DNA from: Roseibacillus sp.
GTDB lineage: Bacteria > Verrucomicrobiota > Verrucomicrobiia > Verrucomicrobiales > Akkermansiaceae
Reading direction: 5' to 3'
NCBI GenBank assembly: GCA_051251855.1
Contig: JBPOGI010000005.1
Coordinates: 192,001-256,000 of the forward strand
DNA: 64,000 nt
A program made the position numbers and the translations under genes. Below, in pieces: positions 45,497 through 54,861 of the stretch. The notes below the pieces were generated by a model. That model was not told the DNA's origin. It worked only from the letters and a program-made list of their open reading frames with translations, and searched no databases. How positions within the stretch are numbered: the first letter of the stretch is position 1; every line of letters begins with the position of its first letter.

Positions 45497-45633
45497 TTTG
45501 CTGCCGCAATATCTTGACCAGTATGCCTAATCTCTAGCCACTCGGCCTAGGCTATCATGGACCACCCCCTTGGGGTTCCTGAGGTCGGTTCTCGATTCAT
45601 TTTACGCTGTCGTTCTGACTCATGTCGTTGTCT

Positions 45634-47037
45634 CTAATCGACAACAACACGGTAAAATTTCTTGCCGGCCAGAGCACCACCCAGGTCGATGAACTGGGCG
45701 TTCGCGTTCGAAGGGGTGTGAGTGAAGGTGGGGGATGGGGGCCAAGTGGATATGTCAGTGGTGGTGTAAATGGCGTAGTTGGCATTCGGGGTGGCCTGCC
45801 ATTGGAGGATTACATTGTTCGCGGAAACTTGGATGGTGAGATTTTCCAACAGTGCAGGGACTGCGGTGCTAAAGAGGTAGGCGGAACCTGAGGAGGGACC
45901 GCCGTCGTCGTCTTGAATCGCTCCAGCAAGAGCGAGGTTGTCCCGAGTTGCCACCGAGTGTCCCATGAAGTCAGCGGTGTTGCCATCGCTCGCGGTGAGG
46001 GTGTTTTGATAGGTGCCATTCGTGTTGAAGACATGGACCGCTCCAGCGTCATTGAGGGAGTTCACTGGGGAACGAAAGGCACCAACGACGATTTGGTTGT
46101 CGATAGCGACGGCGTTTCCAATGCGGTGGAGAGTGGAGCCACCGGCGGGGAGGAGGTCTGCGAGCCAGCTTCCGTTCGAGATTTGAAAAAGGAAGGCGGC
46201 TCCGGAGGACTCGCCTTGTGCGTCGGCTTCCGGGGCACCTACGACGAGCAAGTTGCCTTTTGCTGATAGAGAGGCTCCAAAGACGTCGCCTTCGGTTGGG
46301 TTGGGTGCGGTGAGCTTTTGAAGTTCGTTACCAGTGGTAACGTCGAAGAGATAAACCGAGCCTGCGTCAGCCTCTCCCGAGTGGTCGTCAAAGGAAGACC
46401 CGATACAAGCGTGGCTGCTGGTGAGGGCGACACTGCCGCCGAACTGATCGGCAGGCGCAATGTCATTGGCTTGCAAGCGGTGGAGTTCTGCGAAGGTGCT
46501 TCGGCTGAAGAGGTAGGCTGCTCCCGAATCTTCTGAAGGATTGAGGGCGTCGTTGTCTTCTTGCCAGGCTCCAACTAACACGTGAGTAGAAGAAAGAGCC
46601 ACCGCCTGACCGAACTGGTCGCCATTGGTGGGAGCGCTTGGAAGGAACTTTTTGAGTTCCTGTCCGGTGGTGAGGTCGAACAAGTAAGCGGAGCCTGAGC
46701 CGTTGCCAGGGGCACCAATTAAAACTTGATTGCCTTCCGCTGCCAGTGAGGACCCGAAGAAGTGATTCGCTCCTGCGTCCGAAGCAAGTAGAGTGCGGAG
46801 GTAGGATGAGTCAGACCGTGAGTAAACGTAGACGGCCCCGGCACTGCTCCCTCCTGTATCTTCCCGGTGAGCTCCGACGACGAGGTAGTCCTCGCAAATT
46901 GCTACTGCTTGGCCAAAGCGGTCGAAGGCGCTGGCATCGGGAGCAATCAGCTTAAATTCTTGAGAGGAGGCCTCTCCGTAGCTCACAAGAAGGGAAAAAA
47001 GTGAGCCCAGTATGAGCAATCCAAGGTTTCGTTTCAT
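45634..47037 (-). CDS. secreted FG-GAP (integrin-alpha-like) beta-propeller protein with C-terminal 'FYRV' domain
   Basis: Seven repeats of D.FG.AVA...VGA...SGAAYLF; signal peptide; C-terminal LQW...YAIYTTTDISTW...KKFYRVVVD. Confidence 0.9.
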   Translation of the reverse strand: MKRNLGLLILGSLFSLLVSYGEASSQEFKLIAPDASAFDRFGQAVAICEDYLVVGAHREDTGGSSAGAVYVYSRSDSSYLRTLLASDAGANHFFGSSLAAEGNQVLIGAPGNGSGSAYLFDLTTGQELKKFLPSAPTNGDQFGQAVALSSTHVLVGAWQEDNDALNPSEDSGAAYLFSRSTFAELHRLQANDIAPADQFGGSVALTSSHACIGSSFDDHSGEADAGSVYLFDVTTGNELQKLTAPNPTEGDVFGASLSAKGNLLVVGAPEADAQGESSGAAFLFQISNGSWLADLLPAGGSTLHRIGNAVAIDNQIVVGAFRSPVNSLNDAGAVHVFNTNGTYQNTLTASDGNTADFMGHSVATRDNLALAGAIQDDDGGPSSGSAYLFSTAVPALLENLTIQVSANNVILQWQATPNANYAIYTTTDISTWPPSPTFTHTPSNANAQFIDLGGALAGKKFYRVVVD

Positions 47038-47094
47038 TGTTTCTATCTTACGTGATTGTGATACTGGGCTCGACTTTTTACTGACTCCAATTTT

Positions 47095-50000
47095 TTAGTA
47101 GTCTCCGTTTTGGCTGTCGCTGTAGCCATCGTCGCCATCCCAATCGGAGGTGATGTCAGGGCTGCCTTCGCGATAGGCTCCGTTGTGGAAGCTCATGGGG
47201 ACGAGGGCAGGAGTGATACGGATTTGGGCTCCGGAGAAGGTTTCGGTGCTGTTAGCGCCTGCTTCTTCGTTGGCTGCAGCTCTGGTGTAGTCCTCGATGC
47301 AGACCAAGGTGGAGACCTCATTGCTGAAGATGAGGAACTGGTCCTTGGCTTCGGGGTTGGCATTGTTGAGGCTGAAGAGAGGCTGTCTCTTGAGGTCGTC
47401 ACCAGCGCCGCGAGGGGTGTAGCGGTGGGGGTTGCTGTTGAATTTATCGACGGTGTTGTTAGGAATCAGCATCAATCCCAAGTTCTTTCCTGCCAGGCCA
47501 AGGGCAGCGGGATTAATAGTGATTGATTTGCCGGCTCCTGCTTCACGATTGTCGAAGATGAGCTCGGAGAGGTAGCCTGCCACTTGACGGGAAGCCAAAG
47601 TTTCGGGGCTCCAGAGTGAGACTTCGTCGTAGTCGTAGATGGCGAGAGAGAACTCCATCGCGCTGTCGTCGCTCAACAGGTCAAAGGTGACGCTATTGGT
47701 TCCGGCAGGAACGTAGAGCAATTCGGCAGTGGACTCATATTGAGGGTCGTTCATTCCCACTTGTTCCAATATGGAATGAACGCTTGAAGAGTCCACTGCC
47801 TCCTTGTCTGCAACCAATCCAAATTGGGAAGTTCCCAAGGAGGATGGTAAGATTTCCACCATGATGATGACGTCGTTGAAGTCGTTATCGCGTCCGGCAA
47901 AAAGTTGGTCTTCGAAGGCCAAGACGATGGGGTCACCGTCGACTTCCTTAAGCTCGATGTTAGAGGCGCTGAATTCCATTCCGGCAGGGTTCAAGAAAGA
48001 GTCCTGATAGATACGCTTTTCGCCACCATTGCCACCATCCATTACCAATCCAAAGCGGAGTTGGCTGCCGGCAGGAAGAATGCCGAGGCTCACCGAGGAG
48101 CCGGGAATGAGGGGTGCCGTTGGGCCAGTGGCGAAGTTCTTCCAGATAGGCTTCCAAGTTCCTTGGGGGTCTTCGGCATCGTAGTAAGCGAGGGTGTTGT
48201 GATATTCGGCTCCGTCAAAGATGACGGTCACAAAGACTTCGCTGTCCTCTTGGAGGTAGAATTTTTCTTCATCGAAACCACGCTTCTCTTGTTCGAGGGG
48301 AATGCCCTCGGTGTTGCAATTAAGGAGATACTTCACCTCGTTCCAGATGGAGCGAGCCTGTTGGTAAAACTCGGGATAGACACCATATTGGGACAGAATG
48401 TCGACGTTACTGATGTCGAACTCAATGAAGTTGTCTTCCAAGTTGCAAAGAGGGCAGGGGTCGATGGCAGTCGGAATTTCGTCGCCGTCGTCGTCAAAGT
48501 CCTGGAAGTTGAGGATGCCGTCGCCATCTGAGTCGCGGGGGTCCGTTCCGTCAGAACCGGCTTCTTCAGCGTCTGAGAATCCGTCATCGTCAGAGTCGGT
48601 GTCGAGGTAGTCGGGAGTGCCGTCGCCATCGGTGTCGCCAGTTCCTTCCAAGCCATTGGGGATGCCGTCATTGTCTTCGTCGCGGTCATCGAAAGCGTCG
48701 AGATAGTTCGGGTTGCCGTCGCCGTCCTCGTCGCCGAGTCCGTCAGAGGCATCGGTCACGCCATCGTTGTCGGAATCAGTATCGAGGAAGTTAGGTGCTC
48801 CGTCTTGGTCGAAGTCTCCGCTTTGTTCTTCGCTGTCATTGAGCCCGTCACCATCGGCATCGGAGTCCACGTGGTTCGCTTGTCCGTCTTGGTCGATGTC
48901 GAAGACGTCAGGGATGCCGTCGCCGTTACTATCAGTGTAGTCGGTGAGAGAGCCGTCGCCGTTGTCGCCGTCATCACGAGAGTCGGTCCAGTTGCTGATG
49001 CCATCGTTGTCTTCGTCTCCGGTAGGGTTGTAGCCGCTGCCTTCCAATTCGTCATGGACGCCGTCGTTGTCATCGTCGAGGTCGTACTCGTCGTTGATTC
49101 CGTCGCCATCGCTGTCGAGAGCGAGGATAGCATCAGGGCAGATGGTGCCGTCGTTGATGCCTGTCTTGGGTGCGCTAGCCATCCAAGTGACAGCTCCATT
49201 GGTAAGGTTCACGCGGAAGGCTCCGGTGCCCTTGTTGTCGAAACCATAAACAGTTCCGTTAAAGTCGCAGATGAGCGCGCCGAAGGTTTTGCCATTGTTT
49301 CCAAGAATTTTGGTCGCTCCGGTCGAGCGGTCTATCTTGATGAAATCGCCCCTCGAGGTGCTGCCATAAAGAATGCCGTCCACTTTGTTGTAGGCGAGGT
49401 CAATGACTGCTCCTCTGGGCTTAGGGCTGAGCTTTGCCTCGGAGACAACAACCAGGCCATCGACATCGATTCCGTAGATACGTCCGCCACCTGAAACCCA
49501 GTAGAGGTCGTCTTCGGCAAATGTTCCGGCGACGTAGGAGTTGGGCAGTCCAGAGATGAGACCCGCTTTGGCGACACTGCCATCGCTACCGATACGGAGA
49601 AGCTCGGGGCGGTTCTCGCTGCGGTTGAGGCCGTAGATGTAGTTGTTTTTTCCGCGGTAGCCGATGGCGTTGTAGTTGAGACCGTGGTCGGTGTTGCCAA
49701 GGTTGACGAATACGCCGGCATTGACGTCAACGAGAGCCAGTTGGGTCTGTGCGTTGTAAGACTCGAAAGCATAGCCGCTGCAAGTGAAGTTAGGCTGGTA
49801 GTCGCGGTAGTCGGGGATGCCGTCAGCATCGATGTCGTTGAAGAATTCGACGGAGTCTAACAGTCCGTCGTTATCGGAATCGATGTCGAGGTAGTCGGGG
49901 GTTCCGTCATTGTCGGTGTCGGCAGTGAGGGTTTCTTCCTCATTCCACAATCCGTCGTTATCAGAGTCCTCACCGGGGGCGTCGGGGGTGCCGTCGTTGT

Positions 50001-51975
50001 CGGAATCTGAGTCCAAGTGGTCGGGGATTCCGTCACCGTCAAAGTCACCGGAACCTTCGCGGAAGTCTTCGATATTGTCGTTGTCGGAGTCGATGTCTTG
50101 GTAGCCGGGGATTCCGTCGCCATCAGGGTCGAGGTTGCTGTCATCAATATCCAAGATGCCGTCTCCGTCGGAGTCGAGGTCGAGGAAGTTGGGGAAGCCG
50201 TCTTGGTCGAAGTCAGCTTGTCCTTCGTATTCGTCGCTCAGACTGTCGTTGTCAGAGTCACGGTCAAAGAAGTTGGCGGAACCATCACCATCGGAATCGG
50301 TTGTGATGGGTGAGAAGGCAATGGCGTCGAGAGCGAAAGCGGTTTGCTGCAGGGTGGTTTTGACGCTGTAGATTTCCAGCTTGATCGTGGTGTCCGAACC
50401 GTTGCTGTATCCTGCGAAGAAGCGTTCCCATTCTCCGGGTGCTCCGCCTGTGATAGGAACTCCGAGAGAGATGCCGTTGACGCGAAAGTCGAGAGCGGGC
50501 TCAAGTCCTTCGATGGCGGAGGCGACTTCTGCAGAGAAGACATACTTCGCTTCAGGCGAGACTTCGATTTCTTGGCTCCAAACGAGTTCGTTGGCGGTGG
50601 GTCCGGTCCAAACGACCATCATGTTTCCTCCGTTATTGGCATCGCCAAAGTCAGGGAAGTTTGCGGTGGCGTCGTTCGCGTTTTCAGCGATTTCAAAAGC
50701 ACCTTCGGGCTGAGAGACACCTTCGTCCAGGTCGCTGAGGGTGCGGGTGTATTGAGTTTCAAAATTGAGGGGAGTTTTGTTGAAGTTACCATTAGAAATG
50801 AGGTTCTCGGCCTGGCCAACTGCAAAGGCTTCTTCGAAGTTCGAGATGCCGTCGCCGTCAGTATCGGAGTCGTCCCCGTCAGGAATACCGTCTTCATCAG
50901 AGTCAGTATCGAGATAGTTGGGGATGGAGTCGCCGTCCAAGTCGAGGGAACCTTCCACTGCATCAGCAACGCCATCGTTGTCGGAGTCGGTGTCGAGGTA
51001 GTCGGGGGTGGAGTCGGCGTCGGTGTTCTTTTCACCTTCAACAGCGTCGAGAATGCCATCACCGTCAGCGTCGAGGTCTTGGGAGTTTGCGAAGCCGTCG
51101 CCGTCGTTGTCGAAGAGCCCTTCAGTGATATCGAGGATGCCGTCGTTGTCAGAGTCACGATCGCGGTAGTTGGGGAGTCCATCATTGTCGAAGTCAGCGC
51201 TCCCTTCGTCTGCGTCAGAGATTCCGTCTGCGTCCGAGTCTTTGTCGAGGTAGTCGGCGATGCCGTCACCATCGGTGTCTACGGCGCTGTTCCAAAATTC
51301 ACCAGCAGGGACGAGGTAGCTTTCCACGCCACGGGACCAACCCCAGAATTCGGCGCGAATCTCAATGTAGGCGAGGTCAGAGAGAACCCGAGTGAGACGA
51401 GAGTCGCTAGTTTCGAAACTCTCGGGGGTAAGAGGAATCTGATACTGATAGATTTCGCGATACTGTTCCTGCAAAGGAAGGATCTCGAAGCCGCCATGCT
51501 TGAGGTTGGCTTCGACGCGTTCTCCGCTGCTCGAAACGAGTCGGACGTCAGCCGTTGAGGTTGAGGCCCAAGGGGAGCCGATTTCGCGACCGAGGTTCTG
51601 AACCCAAATTCCAAAGTTGAAGGAAGCACCTTTGGCGGAGCTTTGGTCACCGGTCCATTTGTTGAGGCGATAGTAGCCATATCCTGAGGAGTTGTCTTCG
51701 AAGGAAATAGCGGTGATTTGATCGTTCGCTCCAATAGCAGTCGGGGCGCTGAGGATTCCGCCGTTTGCGGTGACGACTCTTTCCTTGAGGTCGGATGCGC
51801 TAAGGACGAGGTCTTGAGAGGAATAGCTGACTGAAGGTTTTTCGAAGTGGTCCGAAAGACTGTCAGAGTCGCTATCCTGCCCGGAGACTGTGAGAATAGA
51901 ACCAACGAGAATGGCCGCGGTCTTGGAAGCGAACGGGCTTGAAGATGAGGGGGTGGTGAACGGTGATTGAAACAT
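47095..51975 (-). CDS. giant secreted Ca-binding repeat (TSP3-like DxDxDG) protein, probable adhesin; laminin-IV-like, CBM-like, propeller-like and DUF4114-like domains
   Basis: 1626 aa; dozens of D.D.DG.PDYLD.DSDND units; VLSDLAYIEIRAEF; NLISNGNFN; YNAIGY..NYIYG; LAFEDQ..DNDFNDVII. Confidence 0.8.
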   Translation of the reverse strand: MFQSPFTTPSSSSPFASKTAAILVGSILTVSGQDSDSDSLSDHFEKPSVSYSSQDLVLSASDLKERVVTANGGILSAPTAIGANDQITAISFEDNSSGYGYYRLNKWTGDQSSAKGASFNFGIWVQNLGREIGSPWASTSTADVRLVSSSGERVEANLKHGGFEILPLQEQYREIYQYQIPLTPESFETSDSRLTRVLSDLAYIEIRAEFWGWSRGVESYLVPAGEFWNSAVDTDGDGIADYLDKDSDADGISDADEGSADFDNDGLPNYRDRDSDNDGILDITEGLFDNDGDGFANSQDLDADGDGILDAVEGEKNTDADSTPDYLDTDSDNDGVADAVEGSLDLDGDSIPNYLDTDSDEDGIPDGDDSDTDGDGISNFEEAFAVGQAENLISNGNFNKTPLNFETQYTRTLSDLDEGVSQPEGAFEIAENANDATANFPDFGDANNGGNMMVVWTGPTANELVWSQEIEVSPEAKYVFSAEVASAIEGLEPALDFRVNGISLGVPITGGAPGEWERFFAGYSNGSDTTIKLEIYSVKTTLQQTAFALDAIAFSPITTDSDGDGSANFFDRDSDNDSLSDEYEGQADFDQDGFPNFLDLDSDGDGILDIDDSNLDPDGDGIPGYQDIDSDNDNIEDFREGSGDFDGDGIPDHLDSDSDNDGTPDAPGEDSDNDGLWNEEETLTADTDNDGTPDYLDIDSDNDGLLDSVEFFNDIDADGIPDYRDYQPNFTCSGYAFESYNAQTQLALVDVNAGVFVNLGNTDHGLNYNAIGYRGKNNYIYGLNRSENRPELLRIGSDGSVAKAGLISGLPNSYVAGTFAEDDLYWVSGGGRIYGIDVDGLVVVSEAKLSPKPRGAVIDLAYNKVDGILYGSTSRGDFIKIDRSTGATKILGNNGKTFGALICDFNGTVYGFDNKGTGAFRVNLTNGAVTWMASAPKTGINDGTICPDAILALDSDGDGINDEYDLDDDNDGVHDELEGSGYNPTGDEDNDGISNWTDSRDDGDNGDGSLTDYTDSNGDGIPDVFDIDQDGQANHVDSDADGDGLNDSEEQSGDFDQDGAPNFLDTDSDNDGVTDASDGLGDEDGDGNPNYLDAFDDRDEDNDGIPNGLEGTGDTDGDGTPDYLDTDSDDDGFSDAEEAGSDGTDPRDSDGDGILNFQDFDDDGDEIPTAIDPCPLCNLEDNFIEFDISNVDILSQYGVYPEFYQQARSIWNEVKYLLNCNTEGIPLEQEKRGFDEEKFYLQEDSEVFVTVIFDGAEYHNTLAYYDAEDPQGTWKPIWKNFATGPTAPLIPGSSVSLGILPAGSQLRFGLVMDGGNGGEKRIYQDSFLNPAGMEFSASNIELKEVDGDPIVLAFEDQLFAGRDNDFNDVIIMVEILPSSLGTSQFGLVADKEAVDSSSVHSILEQVGMNDPQYESTAELLYVPAGTNSVTFDLLSDDSAMEFSLAIYDYDEVSLWSPETLASRQVAGYLSELIFDNREAGAGKSITINPAALGLAGKNLGLMLIPNNTVDKFNSNPHRYTPRGAGDDLKRQPLFSLNNANPEAKDQFLIFSNEVSTLVCIEDYTRAAANEEAGANSTETFSGAQIRITPALVPMSFHNGAYREGSPDITSDWDGDDGYSDSQNGDY

Positions 51976-52041
51976 GGATACGGATTCTGTTTGTGAACGA
52001 GGGGTCCGATGGAGATCGGGCGTTCCTTCTTCTCCGTATTG

Positions 52042-52056
52042 GCAATCACCGTGCCA
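52042..52056 (-). promoter_or_regulatory. sigma-54 (-24/-12) promoter of the adhesin/FG-GAP genes
   Basis: Minus strand TGGCAC-GGTGA-TTGC, exact consensus, 66 nt before the ATG at 51975. Confidence 0.82.
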
Positions 52057-52205
52057 GCGGGGTAAATATTTCTTTAACTCTCTTATAATCAGCAGTTAAA
52101 CGAGATGGGGGTCAGTTATAGAGAAAGCGGATTCCTGTAAGAAATACCGTCCCAGCGATATACTTTGGAACCCTTTACTGTCTTCTCTTGCCAGCTTGGC
52201 AGGAA

Positions 52206-54281
52206 TTATTGAGAAGAAAGGACGAGGGAAGTGAGCTTCTCGCGGACTTCGTTAGGTCGGAGGGGTTTGGCCAGATAGTCGGTCATTCCGGCCTCTAAAC
52301 AGGCTTCTTCGTCAGACTTGAGGGCGTTTGCGGTGACCGCAAGAATAGGAATCTCTCGATAGCTCTCGCCAGCCTCTCCCTTACGAATGAGTCGAGTGGC
52401 TTCGAGACCGTCCATTTCCGGCATTCTCATATCCATCATGATGAGGGCAAACTCGGAATTCTCTTTCAGCATTTCTAGCGCTTCACAGCCGTTGACGGCA
52501 ATCTGGCAGCGGCAGTTAAGACTTCTAACAATCAGAGCAGCCAGACGTGCGTTGATGGGATTGTCTTCCGCGATGAGAATAAGAGGGTTCTCATTGGCTT
52601 TTGCGGATGATTCTTTCTCTTCAAGAGGAGGTGAAACAGAGGGCGTAGGCTTTTCTCCAAGAACGAGGCTTCTCAGGGTCTTGAGAAGTTCGCGTTGGCG
52701 GAGGGGTTTGAAGAGAACTTTGGCGAAGCCTTCCTGATAGGCGCGCTCCTTGTCGCCCGTGAGACGGGACGAGGTGACCAGAACGAGAGGAGCCTGTGTG
52801 AATTCGCGGACGGCTCCTGCCAGTTCGATGCCGTCCATGCCAGGCATCATCATGTCGATGAGGAGGACGTGAAACTGTTCCTGACTGGCGAGTTGGAGAG
52901 CTTCGTCTCCTGTGGAAGCGTTGGAAACCGAGAATCCCCAATACTGAAGCCGCTTTCTTAAGAAGATGATGTTGTTTTCATTGTCGTCAACAATGAGTGC
53001 ATGTTTGGCGGCAAAGAGGGTGCTGGTGTCCTCCTCGGTATCGATGGCCTGGCCGGCTTGCAGGGGGAGGGAGAAGCGAAACTCGGCTCCTTGTCCTTCT
53101 TTGCTCGTTGCCTTGATTGTTCCCCCCATTCGTTCCACAAGGCTCCGACAAATCGCGAGACCTAATCCTGTCCCGCCGAACTTGCGGGTGGTCGAGGCGT
53201 CTTCTTGACTGAAGGGCTGGAAAAGATTTTCAGCGAGCGAAGGGTCGAACCCGACGCCCGTGTCTTTCACCGCAATCCAAATGGTTTCTTCGGTTAGCGA
53301 AACCAAAGTGGTGATGGTGCCTGTGGCGGTGAACTTGAGAGAATTGGAAATCAGATTCATCAGAACCTGACGAAGTCGAGTGACGTCGCCACTGAGAGAC
53401 TGCGGAATTTGAGGGTCGATTTCATAGAGCAGCTCGAGCCCCTTTGAGGAGGCGGTTTGAGCATGAAGGTCTAGCACCTCTTCTAGGCAGTCTCGGAGTT
53501 CGTAGTCGACTTCTTCGAGCTCGACCTTACCGCTCTCAATACGGGAAAAGTCGAGGATGTCGTTGATGATGTGGAGAAGGATGTCGCCGCTTCGTTGGAC
53601 CATCTCCAGGTTCTGCTTCTGCTCGGAAGTGAGATCGCTATTCAGGACAAGGTCGGTGAAGCCAATAATCCCGTTGAGCGGAGTTCTGATTTCGTGGCTC
53701 ATGGTGGCGAGAAAGAGAGATTTGGCCTCATTCGCCTTCTCTGCCTCTATGCGGGCGAGCTTGAGATCTTGGTAGGCTGCCTTTCGGGCTGAGATATCGC
53801 GAATGATGCCCTGTATGAGAAAGTCGTCGCCCACTTTGGCTCGGCTGCCCACGATTTCGGTGGGGAAGGTCGTGCCATCAGACCGAACGAGAAGTGCCTC
53901 GTATCGACAATAGCCGGTGTCTCGCACTTGATTGAAGGCGTTGCGAGCGATAGACCAGTCTTCCTTCGATACGATGCGAGCGACCCCTTTGCCCGAGAGT
54001 CTCTCCTTGGGGTAGCCGAGCATCTTTTCTGCGGTGTGGTTCATCTCCACGATTTGGCTTCGCTTATTGAGCAGGACGATGCCATCCATGGAGGCCTCAA
54101 AGATGGCCGTAAATCTTTGTTCTTGGACTTCTAAGCGAGAACCTTTCTCCGCGACTTGTTGTTCGAGGAGGTTGTTCGCTTCAAAGAGTTCAAGGCTTTT
54201 AACTTCTAACAGACGCTCCGCTTCTTTACGGGCGTTGCGCTCGCGTTCAAGACGCTTTTTCCATTTGTCGGCCTCGTCCAT
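52206..54281 (-). CDS. cytoplasmic hybrid histidine kinase (coiled coil-PAS-HisKA-HATPase-REC-REC)
   Basis: FLATMSHEIRTPLNGI, NSLKFT, DTGVG, GGTGLGL; two receivers (LIDMMMPG, MMDMRMPE); no TM segment. Confidence 0.93.
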   Translation of the reverse strand: MDEADKWKKRLERERNARKEAERLLEVKSLELFEANNLLEQQVAEKGSRLEVQEQRFTAIFEASMDGIVLLNKRSQIVEMNHTAEKMLGYPKERLSGKGVARIVSKEDWSIARNAFNQVRDTGYCRYEALLVRSDGTTFPTEIVGSRAKVGDDFLIQGIIRDISARKAAYQDLKLARIEAEKANEAKSLFLATMSHEIRTPLNGIIGFTDLVLNSDLTSEQKQNLEMVQRSGDILLHIINDILDFSRIESGKVELEEVDYELRDCLEEVLDLHAQTASSKGLELLYEIDPQIPQSLSGDVTRLRQVLMNLISNSLKFTATGTITTLVSLTEETIWIAVKDTGVGFDPSLAENLFQPFSQEDASTTRKFGGTGLGLAICRSLVERMGGTIKATSKEGQGAEFRFSLPLQAGQAIDTEEDTSTLFAAKHALIVDDNENNIIFLRKRLQYWGFSVSNASTGDEALQLASQEQFHVLLIDMMMPGMDGIELAGAVREFTQAPLVLVTSSRLTGDKERAYQEGFAKVLFKPLRQRELLKTLRSLVLGEKPTPSVSPPLEEKESSAKANENPLILIAEDNPINARLAALIVRSLNCRCQIAVNGCEALEMLKENSEFALIMMDMRMPEMDGLEATRLIRKGEAGESYREIPILAVTANALKSDEEACLEAGMTDYLAKPLRPNEVREKLTSLVLSSQ

Positions 54282-54287
54282 GGCTTG

Positions 54288-54821
54288 CTACTGCAAGATG
54301 ATGTGAAAAAGTTCGCGCTCATCTGGGAGGGTTTCGCGAGTGATAGTGGCGCTTTCCTTGTAGTGGTCGGTAGCGCCCCGAATCAGGCCTTCGCAGAGGT
54401 CCTCAAAGTGGCGAGAAGATTCATAGGTCATCTTGAGCTCTTTGGGGCCGACTCGATCACATTCAAAGCGAGGGAGCTCGGCGTCAGGGTAGAGCTTGCG
54501 GACTTCGACGTGAATATGATGCTCGATGCTCTCGAACATATCAAGGGAGGTCGTGAGGCCTTCTCCAAATTGGGGGTAGGCTCCGATAAGGATCCCGAAA
54601 AGATGCTTTCCGAAGGCCTGTAGGAGAACGGGGACCTCGATTTCGGTCTCTTGGCTGAGGGTGACCACGAGATTGACAATCTCGGTGTGATCGTAGGTGC
54701 CTACTGCGGTGTAAATTCCTCCTGAGGGAAGGTCTGACTTTTCGATGAGAGTATCAACCATGTCGAAGCCGTGGGCTTCTTCCACCATTTCTAGAAAACT
54801 TGTAAAGACGACGCCTTTCAT
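54288..54821 (-). CDS. H-NOX / HNOB heme-NO binding protein
   Basis: MKGVVF start, YTAVGTYD, proximal His in HIHVEVRKLYP, conserved Pro (LPRF) and the YxSxR motif (YESSR). Confidence 0.9.
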   Translation of the reverse strand: MKGVVFTSFLEMVEEAHGFDMVDTLIEKSDLPSGGIYTAVGTYDHTEIVNLVVTLSQETEIEVPVLLQAFGKHLFGILIGAYPQFGEGLTTSLDMFESIEHHIHVEVRKLYPDAELPRFECDRVGPKELKMTYESSRHFEDLCEGLIRGATDHYKESATITRETLPDERELFHIILQ

Positions 54822-54861
54822 AATGAGGTATTTGTATTTGTTGAGGAGAGGCTACGAGTCT

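Noticed and set aside
48450..51280. Repetitive DNA (gtcgccgtc/gtcgaggtagtc units) resembling an array
   Set aside because: The repeats are degenerate, in frame and encode DxDxDG protein repeats; there are no constant repeats with unique spacers and no cas genes, so this is not CRISPR.
50344..51558. 404-aa Val-rich plus-strand ORF
   Set aside because: Mirror of the Asp-rich adhesin repeats (GAC read as GTC).
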